A DNA stretch of 64,000 bases from Thermoplasmata archaeon (GTDB lineage Archaea; Thermoplasmatota; Thermoplasmata; RBG-16-68-12; JAFNFQ01), in assembly GCA_041489255.1 (NCBI GenBank), contig JBGPQV010000005.1, forward strand, positions 1 to 64,000, given 5' to 3'. The position numbers were made by a program, and so were the translations under genes. Position 1 is the first letter of the stretch, and each line of letters opens with the position of its first letter. The notes beneath the pieces were generated by a model. That model searched no databases and was not told the origin of the DNA. It saw only the letters and a program-made list of their open reading frames with translations. Below are positions 1 through 8,924 of this stretch, piece after piece.

Positions 1-1
1 G

Positions 2-91
2 GTCGTCAGCCTCCTGAAGGAGCTAGGTGCCGAGGTGCACGTGAGGACGGTGAAGCTAACCGTGGAGGACAGGAAGGAGTTGGGCCTCTAG
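2..91 (+). CDS. 3' end of an unidentified CDS entering from the left edge (…VVSLLKELGAEVHVRTVKLTVEDRKELGL*)
   Basis: Open frame 2 to TAG at 89-91 with G/C-ending codons; too short to assign. Confidence 0.55.
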   Translation, partial: VVSLLKELGAEVHVRTVKLTVEDRKELGL

Positions 92-254
92 GCTGGCGGG
101 GATGTGTCACCTCAGAGTAGCGAGTCAATTGTCCCAAAGCCATCGCCCTGCCAAGCCGAGCGGCGAATCCGCGTCAAGATGTGCGGCTGAGCCGTCTTCG
201 GCAGCGGTCATGGCGGCGCTACGGCAACTCGCCGGGAGATTATCACTTCTGATT

Positions 255-686
255 TCACTTGCGTCGCTTGCGGACCTTCTTCTTTTTCTTCTTCGGCCTG
301 CCTATATGGAATACGTCCAGCCAAATGCCATCCACGGCCTTCACGAAGGCGAAGTCCCAGTTTCCGGACTTGATCGGCCCGATGACCGGCGGGTATCCCG
401 CCTCCTTCAGCCTCTCGATTGCTCCCTTGAAATCGTCCACCTGGACGCCGAGGTGATCCAGCTGCTCGCCCTCGGAATATGGCCCCGCCACCGGGCTGCC
501 CTTACCGTACCAGTTGAGCTCCAGCCAGTGCTTGCCATCCTTGCTCTGTAGGTTCGCGAACTCTCCCTTGTTCCAGGGTGCCTTGATGCGCCCCAGGAGC
601 TTCATCCCGAGCGTCTTCGTGAAGAAGTCTATCGCGGCGTCAAGGTCGCGGACCCGGACTCCGGTGTACCTGAACCTGAAATCCAT
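255..686 (-). CDS. VOC/glyoxalase-family protein with polybasic C-terminal tail
   Basis: YTGVRVRDLDAAIDFF…LELNW…LDHLGVQVDD…AFVKAVDGIWLDV is the VOC pattern; tail KKKKKKVRKRRK. Confidence 0.85.
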   Translation of the reverse strand: MDFRFRYTGVRVRDLDAAIDFFTKTLGMKLLGRIKAPWNKGEFANLQSKDGKHWLELNWYGKGSPVAGPYSEGEQLDHLGVQVDDFKGAIERLKEAGYPPVIGPIKSGNWDFAFVKAVDGIWLDVFHIGRPKKKKKKVRKRRK

Positions 687-695
687 TGTCTGTCT

Positions 696-935
696 CTAGT
701 TGCCCTTCTTCTTGTCCTTCTTCCCCGCCTTCTGTGCCGCCTCCCCTACCTCGGAGAACGCCTTCCCTGTGAAGCGCAGCGCGCCCTTGGTCGCCCTCTT
801 GCCTATGTCGATGGTCTTCTCTCCCACGTCTTCGACCGTGTCGAAGGTTTTTGTTACCATGCTCAGCCTCTTCCCGCAGCCGGCACAGACCTCCCAACCA
901 GACTGCAACTCCATTCCGCAATTGTCGCACTTCAT
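696..935 (-). CDS. Small zinc-ribbon protein
   Basis: CDNCG…CAGCG followed by an amphipathic helical tail; GGTGG SD upstream; 9 nt from the VOC gene. Confidence 0.75.
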   Translation of the reverse strand: MKCDNCGMELQSGWEVCAGCGKRLSMVTKTFDTVEDVGEKTIDIGKRATKGALRFTGKAFSEVGEAAQKAGKKDKKKGN

Positions 936-1039
936 ATTGCCACCTTCATAGTGAGAGGCCAGGCAGTTGAAATAGCTTTACACGAAGGCCCCTGCCAACA
1001 GGCAGGGTTCTTGAACTGCGACGTGTATAAGCTGCCACG

Positions 1040-2665
1040 ATGCGCGTCACCATCCTCGACGGGTATGTCGACGAGCCGAGCAACCTAGGCGTCCCGCCGT
1101 TCATCTCTCCATATCCGCGCTACCTTGCGGGTGCGGTGCTGGAATCAGGTCACGAGTACGAGTACCTGACGATCGACCAGGTCCGCAGCGGGAAGCATCC
1201 GGGGGGAGATGTCCTGGCGGTGATATCCGGGCCCATAGTCCCGGGCAAGTACCTCCGCGGCATGCCGATGTCCCAGAGGGAGATCCTCCAGCAAGCTTCC
1301 TCATTCAGAGGAACGAAGATCTTAGGCGGCTCACTCGCGCGCTTCAGGGCTCTCGATGCCGGGCTGGAGAAAGCGTTCGACCATGTGGCAATCAGGGATC
1401 TCGACGCCTGCGTCTTCGAATTCCTGAATGGCGGGGACTTCAAGGACCGCGACAGGACGATCAAGGAATGGGACAGGTGGGCCGCGCTGGGTGCCGAGGT
1501 GGTGAAGAGCCATCCCGACTTTCCGGAGCCGCTCGTCGCGGAGCTCGACGCGAGCAGGGGCTGCGTCCGCTACATGACCGGCGGCTGCTCGTTCTGCATC
1601 GAGCCGATGTACGGCATCCCCAAGTTCAGGGCGGCTGATGGGATACGAGAGGAGGTCAGGCGGCTCTCCTCGCACGGCGTCGTGAACTTCAGGCTCGGCG
1701 GGATGGCGGACTTCTTCTCCTACATGGCGAAGGGCGTGGGCGAGAGCCCGACCCCGACGCCAAACGTGCGGGCGCTTGACGATCTCCTGAGGGGAATCCG
1801 CAGCGCAGCCTCGAATCTCAAGGTCCTGCACACCGATAACGCCGACCCCGCCATGATCGCCGCGCACCCCGACCAGTCAATGGCGGCGCTCAGGCTGCTC
1901 GTGAAGTACACCACGCCTGGCAACACGTTGTCCCTCGGCATGGAGAGCGCCGACCCGGACGTTGTCGAGCGGAACAACCTCAACTCCACTCCGGAGACCT
2001 CGCTCAATGCGATCAGGATGATCAACTCGGTCGGGGCGGAGCGTGGCGAGAACGGGCTGCCGAGGCTGCTCCCCGGGCTGAACTTCGTGCTCGGCCTCGA
2101 CGGGGAGACGCAGAACACGTTCTTCCTGAACCTCAAGTTCCTCAGGACGCTGCTCGACCGCGACCTGATGATCCGCCGCATCAACATCAGGCAGGTGAAC
2201 CCCGTGAGGCGGGAATTCAAAATGAAGTTCAGGAACCTCTTCCGCTCGTTCAAGGACCGCGTGCGCCTGGAGATCGACCACGAGATGCTGAAACGCGTGG
2301 TGCCCAGGGGCACGATCCTGCGCAACGTCCGTACGGAGATGCGCGAAGGGAAGATGACGTTCGGCCGCCAGGCGGGGACCTACCCGCTTCTCGTCGGCCT
2401 GCCTTACCCCCTGGAGCTCGGTCAATCCATCGACGTCATGGTCACTGACCACGGGCAGAGGAGCATCACCGCAGTGGAACACCCGCTGGATGTGAACAGC
2501 GCCCCCATGGCGGCGCTCTCTGCGATCCCCGGGATCGGGATGAAGAGGGCTGCGAGGATCGTGAGGTCGAGGCCGATGAAAGGCCCGAAGGAGCTGCACG
2601 CTTGCCTCGATGACGATTCAGCCGCGGCGAGCGCGGAGGCCTATCTAGGCTTCCCGAGCGGCTGA
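1040..2665 (+). CDS. Radical SAM protein with TRAM and helix-hairpin-helix domains (COG1031-like)
   Basis: DGYVDEPSNLGVPPFISPYPRY N-terminus; CVRYMTGGCSFC cluster motif; TFGRQAGTYPLLV TRAM-like region; LSAIPGIGMKRAARI HhH. Confidence 0.9.
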   Translation: MRVTILDGYVDEPSNLGVPPFISPYPRYLAGAVLESGHEYEYLTIDQVRSGKHPGGDVLAVISGPIVPGKYLRGMPMSQREILQQASSFRGTKILGGSLARFRALDAGLEKAFDHVAIRDLDACVFEFLNGGDFKDRDRTIKEWDRWAALGAEVVKSHPDFPEPLVAELDASRGCVRYMTGGCSFCIEPMYGIPKFRAADGIREEVRRLSSHGVVNFRLGGMADFFSYMAKGVGESPTPTPNVRALDDLLRGIRSAASNLKVLHTDNADPAMIAAHPDQSMAALRLLVKYTTPGNTLSLGMESADPDVVERNNLNSTPETSLNAIRMINSVGAERGENGLPRLLPGLNFVLGLDGETQNTFFLNLKFLRTLLDRDLMIRRINIRQVNPVRREFKMKFRNLFRSFKDRVRLEIDHEMLKRVVPRGTILRNVRTEMREGKMTFGRQAGTYPLLVGLPYPLELGQSIDVMVTDHGQRSITAVEHPLDVNSAPMAALSAIPGIGMKRAARIVRSRPMKGPKELHACLDDDSAAASAEAYLGFPSG

Positions 2666-4221
2666 GGCTGCTCGATCCCCTTGCCGAAAACCTCGTCCGC
2701 CTTCGAGGCGAGTTCCTTCTCCTTGTCCACCGTCCACGCCCCGGTCCCCAGTATGTGCTCCCTGACCTCGATGTCCTTGTAGGGCATGACGTCGATGACC
2801 GTGGGGATCCTGATCGCGTCCCCGATCACCGCCACCGTCCTCGGCGGTATCGTCGAGATGATGTTCTGCCACATCGCCCTGTCCGGCACCCCCGCCAGGG
2901 CCGACTCCACGTCCGAGGGCTCCTTGAGCGACATCACCAGCCTGTTCGCGACCTGGCTCCTTACCTCCTGGTCTATCTGAGACGGCCTCTGGTCCACTAT
3001 CGCCAGGATGAGGTTGAACTTCCTCGTCTCCCTCGCTAACTTGGAGAATATCGTGTACGAGGAGACCGCGGGGGCGAGGAACCTGTGCGCCTCCTCCAGG
3101 AACACGATGAGCCTCGGGAACTGCTCGTTCATCTCCGTGTACTGCTCGAACAGCCGCCTCGCGAGCACGTTCGCCAGGAAAAGGTAGACCGTCGAGTCCG
3201 TCCCGAACTCCCCGAAGTCCAGCACGATCGACTTGCCCTGCTTTATCACCGCCATGAGCTGTCCGAACGCGTCCTTCCCGCCCCCCTTGCGGATGAACGG
3301 CAGCCTGCTGATGCGGGACATCCTCCTCTGAAGCGCCTGCGCCGTGGCGGGGTGCATCTTGCTCTCGTCGAGGTTGGCCGAGTCAAGCGTCCTGATCGCG
3401 GTGATGAGGTCCTTCTGCCCCTTTTCCCTGTCTATCTGGTAGATCATGTCCACCATCTGGTCTGACAGGTTGTTCAGCGCAACGACCAGGTCGTCCGGCT
3501 CGATGAACTCCGGCTCCAGGACGAACTGCCTCGCCTCTGCGTTCTCCGGGTCGAGCGAGAACACCTCGACGTCGTGCGGGAAGTAGTACTTCAGCCCCTC
3601 CGTGTTGTCCGTGTTCGAGTACACCCCGTACTCCCCGTGCATGTCGAAGATGAGTACGCTCCCCGCCTTCTTCGCGAGTATCGCGCAGCAGAGCAGCTTG
3701 TTGAGGATGCTCTTGCCGACCCCCGTGCGCCCGTAGATCGCGAAAGGCTTCTCCACCAGCTTCTCGAAGTCCAGCTGGACGTAGAACGGCTCGACCCCCG
3801 TGATCGATCCTATCGTCGCGCTCTTGGCGGTCGGGTGGTAGATCAGCTCGACATCCTCCTTCGTCGCGTGCCTGCACTCCGAGAAGTACGGCGGTATCGT
3901 CTGCGGCTCCGACAGCTTCCTGTTCTTCTTCTCGATGAGCTGTATCGGCCTGAGCTTCGCCTTGCTGTAGAATATCGGGCCCGCGAAGCCTTCGTGAGTC
4001 TCGCCCGTCGGCACGATAACGTTCCCCATCGCGCAGCCTGCGAGTTGCTCCGCTATCTCGCTCTCCTCGTTGAGTATGTCCTCGACCATGCAGTAGAAGT
4101 CGTACGTCTTGCCCTCCACGATCACGGGGTAAGCTATCCTCAGGTCCTCGGGGTTCTCCAGCTGCAGCTTCGCGTAGAGGCCGCCGAGCACCGACGCCGA
4201 GACTATCTCTCCGATCTTCAT
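2641..4221 (-). CDS. herA: HerA ATPase/DNA translocase
   Basis: N-terminal HAS-barrel-like region; Walker A GRTGVGKS; FDMHGEY; Walker B LEEAHRF; RETRKF; DQRPS; overlaps nurA. Confidence 0.92.
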   Translation of the reverse strand: MKIGEIVSASVLGGLYAKLQLENPEDLRIAYPVIVEGKTYDFYCMVEDILNEESEIAEQLAGCAMGNVIVPTGETHEGFAGPIFYSKAKLRPIQLIEKKNRKLSEPQTIPPYFSECRHATKEDVELIYHPTAKSATIGSITGVEPFYVQLDFEKLVEKPFAIYGRTGVGKSILNKLLCCAILAKKAGSVLIFDMHGEYGVYSNTDNTEGLKYYFPHDVEVFSLDPENAEARQFVLEPEFIEPDDLVVALNNLSDQMVDMIYQIDREKGQKDLITAIRTLDSANLDESKMHPATAQALQRRMSRISRLPFIRKGGGKDAFGQLMAVIKQGKSIVLDFGEFGTDSTVYLFLANVLARRLFEQYTEMNEQFPRLIVFLEEAHRFLAPAVSSYTIFSKLARETRKFNLILAIVDQRPSQIDQEVRSQVANRLVMSLKEPSDVESALAGVPDRAMWQNIISTIPPRTVAVIGDAIRIPTVIDVMPYKDIEVREHILGTGAWTVDKEKELASKADEVFGKGIEQPQPLGKPR

Positions 4222-5249
4222 CTTCTATCCCTCGAAAGTCTGTCAAGATACTCGTGGAACGCGCTCCTCTTCCGCCCCTCTATCTCCGTGAGCCCGTCGA
4301 GCACCTGCCTGGGGTCCATGCCCATGCGCACCGCGAGCTTCATGACCGTCTCCTGGTAGGCGCCTCGGAGGTGGCGGACGGTCACCGCCATCCTGTGCGC
4401 CTCGACGAGGGGGAGCGGATATCCCACCGCCAGCAGCGACCTGCAGTACGGCGCGACGTGCCCGAACGCCTTCTCCGGCTCTCCCTTCATGGTGCCGAGG
4501 TCGACGCGGAACCACTTGCCGCTCCTCGAGTGGAACCTGCAGTAATAGACGTCTCCGTAAAGGAGACCCTTCTGCCCCTTCTCGAACTTCTCAGGCGCCC
4601 TGATGAAAGCCAGCGCGCCATCCTCCAGCGACCTCTCCGCGCTCTTCAGCAGGTCCTCGTCCGTCAGGTTGTGCCCGAACGCGTGCAGCTGCGAGTCCTT
4701 CGAGATTCCCACCAGGAGATGCCCGTTCTTCTCGCAGACCTCGACGAGCCTCCCGATGAAGTCGCACTGCTTGGGGAACGTGGACAGCGCCCCGTCCACC
4801 GCGATGATGCAGCCCTTCGTGTCCTCCGCGACGTTCACCGCCAGCTGCCCCTCGATGAACCTCCTCCACTCGTTCACCATCTCCCTGTGCTGCTCCTTCG
4901 AGCCGCGCGTGAACTCGTAGAGCGTCTTGTAGAAGTCCCCCTGGCGCTCCACGAAGGCCTCGTAGGTGTCGATGCCCACGACCCTCTGGATCATCCGCCA
5001 GTCCTTCTTCGCGAAGTGATCCTCCTTGAAAGAGTAACGAAGCAGCGCGACCGATATCATCGCAAGCCGCCACGAAGAAATGTTGAGCAGGAAGCTGTAC
5101 GACCCGTCGACGGCGATCATGTCCATCGGACGAGCCTCCTCCGCGAACCCGCTGAACCGCAGCCCCGCCCCGACATCTCCCGCCATCGGCGCGGAGTACT
5201 GCGCCCTCGCCGCCTCCAGCTCCTTCCTCATGTCCTCCGCCAAGCTCAC
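4218..5249 (-). CDS. nurA: NurA 5'-3' nuclease
   Basis: AVDGS, VDGAL, GISKDS and GYPLPLVEAH motifs; lies between rad50 and herA with 4-nt overlaps. Confidence 0.9.
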   Translation of the reverse strand: MSLAEDMRKELEAARAQYSAPMAGDVGAGLRFSGFAEEARPMDMIAVDGSYSFLLNISSWRLAMISVALLRYSFKEDHFAKKDWRMIQRVVGIDTYEAFVERQGDFYKTLYEFTRGSKEQHREMVNEWRRFIEGQLAVNVAEDTKGCIIAVDGALSTFPKQCDFIGRLVEVCEKNGHLLVGISKDSQLHAFGHNLTDEDLLKSAERSLEDGALAFIRAPEKFEKGQKGLLYGDVYYCRFHSRSGKWFRVDLGTMKGEPEKAFGHVAPYCRSLLAVGYPLPLVEAHRMAVTVRHLRGAYQETVMKLAVRMGMDPRQVLDGLTEIEGRKRSAFHEYLDRLSRDRR

Positions 5250-7606
5250 CTTGCCACCTCCACCCTGCTCTCTCCCCTGTCGTTCATCTCGACATGCATC
5301 CTCGACTGGAACCTCTCCGCGACCTCCGTGAGGTGAGTGATGAGGATGACCTTGTCGAAGAAGTCCCCCATCCTGAACAGCTTCTGCACGAACAGGTCGC
5401 GCGAGACCTCCGTGTCCAGCGAGCCCAGGTCCCCCTCGTCAATGAACAGCATCTTCATCCTCCCGTAGGTCCCGCCGATCTGCGGCATGCTCGCCAGCTG
5501 CTGAGCGATCGCGAAGCGCAGCGCCGCGTTTATCTGCGTCCTCTCGCCGCCGCTGAACTCCCCTATGTCGTGCCACCGCCCGTCCACTCCCTCGACGCTT
5601 ATCCTGACCCCGTGCCTGCCCGACTCCTCGTAAGTCTCCAGCCTCACCTTGTTGAACCGGCCGTCCGTCATGTCCGCGAGGTTCCTCGACGCCCCTATCT
5701 CCAGCGCGGGCATGAGCTGGTCTATCGCGAACTTCACCACGCCTCTCTTGTGGAACACCTCGTCCTTCAGTATCGCCAGTATCTCTCCTCTCTCGCGCAG
5801 CCCCTTCAGCGACCTCTCCGACTCGGCGATCGTCGCCTCCTCCGCCCTGAGGTCCTCCAGCTGCTTCGCGAGTCGCTTCGCTGCCTCCTCGCTCTTGCCG
5901 AGTTCTCTCGCCGCCTTCTCTGCCCTCGACCTCAGCTCGTCGAGTCGTCTCCTCGCCTCTGCGTACGCCTCCTCCGCGTGCTTCCTGTCCTCAAGCGCCT
6001 TCGAGACCGCCAAAGCCTCCGCCTGCGCCGCCCCCCTCTGCTCCTCGAGGTCCGCCACCAGCTTCGCGGCATCGCCGACCTCCTTGAGCTTCGCCCTCAC
6101 GCCCTCGATATCCCTCGCCTTGTCCTTCAACCTCGCGACGACCCTCGCGATCTCCGACAGGCTCCTCTCGTCGGCCTGAGTGAATCTGACGCTGTCCCTC
6201 GCCGCCATCGCCCTCTGGACGTCCTCCTCCAGCTGCTTCAGCTTCGGAGCGAACCCCTCGTCCTCCCGCCTTATCTCGTCCTTCATCGACCCGACTTGGC
6301 GCTTCAGCTCGTCCAGGATGAACGAGTCCTCGTTGATCTTCCCCACGCGGCCGCTGACGTCGAGCAGCCTCGCCTCCGCCTTGATCCCCTCTTCCCTGAT
6401 TCGGGCCAGGAGGTCCTCCCTTCCCGCAAGCCAGACCATCTCCTTCTCGATGCGGTCTATCCGTTCCGTCAGTGTGCCCTCGCTCCTCAACAGTTCGAAG
6501 GCCTCCTCCTTGCCCACGTCTGTCCTGAGCCTCGCGATCCTCTTCTCCGTCGGGAACAGCCGCTCCGTTATCGAACTCAGTCTCAGTTTGTGCTCCGCCT
6601 CCGCGTCGCGCTTCCTCTCGACCGCCGCGTCGACGTCCTTCTGGACGAGCTTGTGACTGCTCTGCCTCTCGGTGAGGGCCTTCTCCTCCTCGCGCAGCCT
6701 CTCGAAGTCCTTCAGCTCCTTCTCGAGGCTGCTCTCCTTGCGCTTCAGCTCGGCGGACTTCTCGGCCTCCTTCCTCTCTTTCTCCAGTCGCATCGTGAGC
6801 GCGGTCACGCGCTTGTCCGCCTCCGTCACTTTGGCGGTGAACTGCACGTATTCCTCGTGCCCCGCCTCTCTCTCACGCAATTCACCCTCCGCTTTCGACA
6901 GCGCGGCCTTGAGTCCCTCGTTTGCAGCCTTGTCCCGCGCGAGGTTCTCCTCGACCTCCTGCAGCTCGTTCCTCATCTCCGGCATCTTCGCCAGGAGTCC
7001 GCGGCGGATCTCTATCCTGCGCTCGACGTCCTCCGCCTCCTTCTCCACCTCCTTGAACGCTTCCTGTGCCGCCTCCTGCGCCTTCTCGAAGGTCTCGAGG
7101 CGGAACAGCTTCTGGAAGACCCTGAGGCGGTCCGAGCCCTTCTCAGACCCGAGCTCCTTCATCTCCTCCTGACGGACGAACGTGGAGTTCTTGAAGCCCT
7201 CATAGTCGAGGCCGACGATGTTCACGATCATCTTCTCCTTCTCGGGGATCGTGCCGCCGAGCGAGCCGCCGTCTTGTTGCAGGTCGAGGAAAGAGCCGCT
7301 GCGCGAGTTGAAACCCCTCCGGACCTCATAGCGGCGGTCGCGTTGCCTGAACGCGATGCGGACGTGGCCGCCAGGCTGGAACAGGTCGGCCGCCTTGATG
7401 TTCGACGGCGGGTCGGTCCTCGTCGTGCAGCCGTAGAGGGCGTAAGTTATCGCGTCGAGGATCGTGCTCTTGCCCGCCCCCGTCTTCCCCGTGATGACGG
7501 TGAACCCTGGCGGGAACTGGACCGACTGCTTCCCGCCAACGTACCTCATGAATCCATCCATCTCGACTTCCTCTATGACGAATCCGCCGGCGTCCTCCAT
7601 GGTCAC
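5246..7606 (-). CDS. rad50: Rad50/SbcC SMC-type ATPase lacking a CXXC hook
   Basis: Walker A GKTGAGKS; Q-loop FVRQEE; long coiled coil; signature FSGGE; Walker B/D-loop FIDEGDLGSLD; LITH. Confidence 0.92.
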   Translation of the reverse strand: MTMEDAGGFVIEEVEMDGFMRYVGGKQSVQFPPGFTVITGKTGAGKSTILDAITYALYGCTTRTDPPSNIKAADLFQPGGHVRIAFRQRDRRYEVRRGFNSRSGSFLDLQQDGGSLGGTIPEKEKMIVNIVGLDYEGFKNSTFVRQEEMKELGSEKGSDRLRVFQKLFRLETFEKAQEAAQEAFKEVEKEAEDVERRIEIRRGLLAKMPEMRNELQEVEENLARDKAANEGLKAALSKAEGELREREAGHEEYVQFTAKVTEADKRVTALTMRLEKERKEAEKSAELKRKESSLEKELKDFERLREEEKALTERQSSHKLVQKDVDAAVERKRDAEAEHKLRLSSITERLFPTEKRIARLRTDVGKEEAFELLRSEGTLTERIDRIEKEMVWLAGREDLLARIREEGIKAEARLLDVSGRVGKINEDSFILDELKRQVGSMKDEIRREDEGFAPKLKQLEEDVQRAMAARDSVRFTQADERSLSEIARVVARLKDKARDIEGVRAKLKEVGDAAKLVADLEEQRGAAQAEALAVSKALEDRKHAEEAYAEARRRLDELRSRAEKAARELGKSEEAAKRLAKQLEDLRAEEATIAESERSLKGLRERGEILAILKDEVFHKRGVVKFAIDQLMPALEIGASRNLADMTDGRFNKVRLETYEESGRHGVRISVEGVDGRWHDIGEFSGGERTQINAALRFAIAQQLASMPQIGGTYGRMKMLFIDEGDLGSLDTEVSRDLFVQKLFRMGDFFDKVILITHLTEVAERFQSRMHVEMNDRGESRVEVAR

Positions 7607-8796
7607 TGGTGGAGCACCTCCCTCAGGAGGCGCTCTCCTTCCACCAGTATCTCGGCGCGGCGGGGGTGGTCCTTGTACTGCTGCGAGACGAACTCCCTGA
7701 GCAGCCGCACAGGGTCGAGCGTGAACTCCTCCGCCCTGACCTTCTCCCTCTCCGGCGAAGTCCAGACGAACTCGTAGCTGAAGGAGTCCTTGAGGCGGTC
7801 GGAGAGGACCCTCTCGTCCACCCGCCCCCGCATGGTCTCCGGTATCGAGACCTCGACGCGGAGCATTTTGGCGGCAACATCACGTGGGAGCGCGGCGAGG
7901 ATCTTGGCGGTGGCCTCGTCCGAGGGCCCGACATTAACGGGGATCTTGAGCATCTCGCGGACGGGCAGTTTGACGAATTCCCAGCTCTTCTCTTCGGGAT
8001 GCAGAACGATGAACCCTTTCTCGTCGAGCCTCTCTCCCCAGTCGATTCTCTCCGGGGCACCGGTGTAAATCAAGCGGTCCCACAGGACCTGGTGCTTGTG
8101 GATGTGGCCGAACACCGCCAGATCCACCTTCGGCGGCAGCAGCTCCCGCCCGAAGGATGTGTCGCCGGGCAAGACCTCGCGCGTCGTAATCGATGAGAAT
8201 TGTGCACCTTCAATCTCGAAATGACCGAAGAGCAGCGTCCAATCCGCCGTCGACTCCTCAGCTCTCTTCCGTATCCACTCCCGCCATATCGCCTTGGCGG
8301 TGTCGAAGGCCCTGTCCGGCGGGATCTCTTCCTTGAGATTCTTCCTCGCGAGCTCGATCACCTGGTCCGGATGCAGGTAGGGCATGAGGATGAAGGCGAC
8401 CTTCCTCCCGTCGACCTCCTTCTCCATGACAGTCGGTCTTCGGATGACCTTCACGTGAGAATATCCGCGGTAGTCGTCCAGCGATGTCGCCCTGTTGAAG
8501 CTCCGAGGCTGGTCGTGGTTCCCCGCCAGTAGCCAGATCTCGATCCCCGCCATCCCGAGCGGCTCGATCACGTCCCTGCGGACCATCTCGCGGAAGGTCG
8601 GAGCGATGTGTGCGCGGTCGAAGAGATCCCCCAGGACGCAAAAGAGGGCGGCGTTGTTGTCGATTGCCCATTTCGCCGCGGTTGCGAAGTTCCTGTGGAG
8701 GTCGAGGGCCCTCTCCGAGATGCCTGTGTCGGGATCAACGCGGATCCCGAATCCGATGCCCTCGTGGATATCCCCCACGCAGACTATTGGGTGCAT
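7603..8796 (-). CDS. mre11: Mre11/SbcD nuclease
   Basis: Phosphoesterase motifs GDIH, GDLFD, GNHD, GHF and FGHIH; GAPERIDWGE; overlaps rad50. Confidence 0.92.
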   Translation of the reverse strand: MHPIVCVGDIHEGIGFGIRVDPDTGISERALDLHRNFATAAKWAIDNNAALFCVLGDLFDRAHIAPTFREMVRRDVIEPLGMAGIEIWLLAGNHDQPRSFNRATSLDDYRGYSHVKVIRRPTVMEKEVDGRKVAFILMPYLHPDQVIELARKNLKEEIPPDRAFDTAKAIWREWIRKRAEESTADWTLLFGHFEIEGAQFSSITTREVLPGDTSFGRELLPPKVDLAVFGHIHKHQVLWDRLIYTGAPERIDWGERLDEKGFIVLHPEEKSWEFVKLPVREMLKIPVNVGPSDEATAKILAALPRDVAAKMLRVEVSIPETMRGRVDERVLSDRLKDSFSYEFVWTSPEREKVRAEEFTLDPVRLLREFVSQQYKDHPRRAEILVEGERLLREVLHQ

Positions 8797-8924
8797 CGGC
8801 TCGGCATCTCTGGCTGCCTATATATGAGCTAGCGGAGAAGGTAAGCGAAAGTTGCGGACGGAAACCCGACACCTGATGGCGGCTTGCTATTTCTCCACTG
8901 GCGGGCTCACGTGCACGGACTTCA

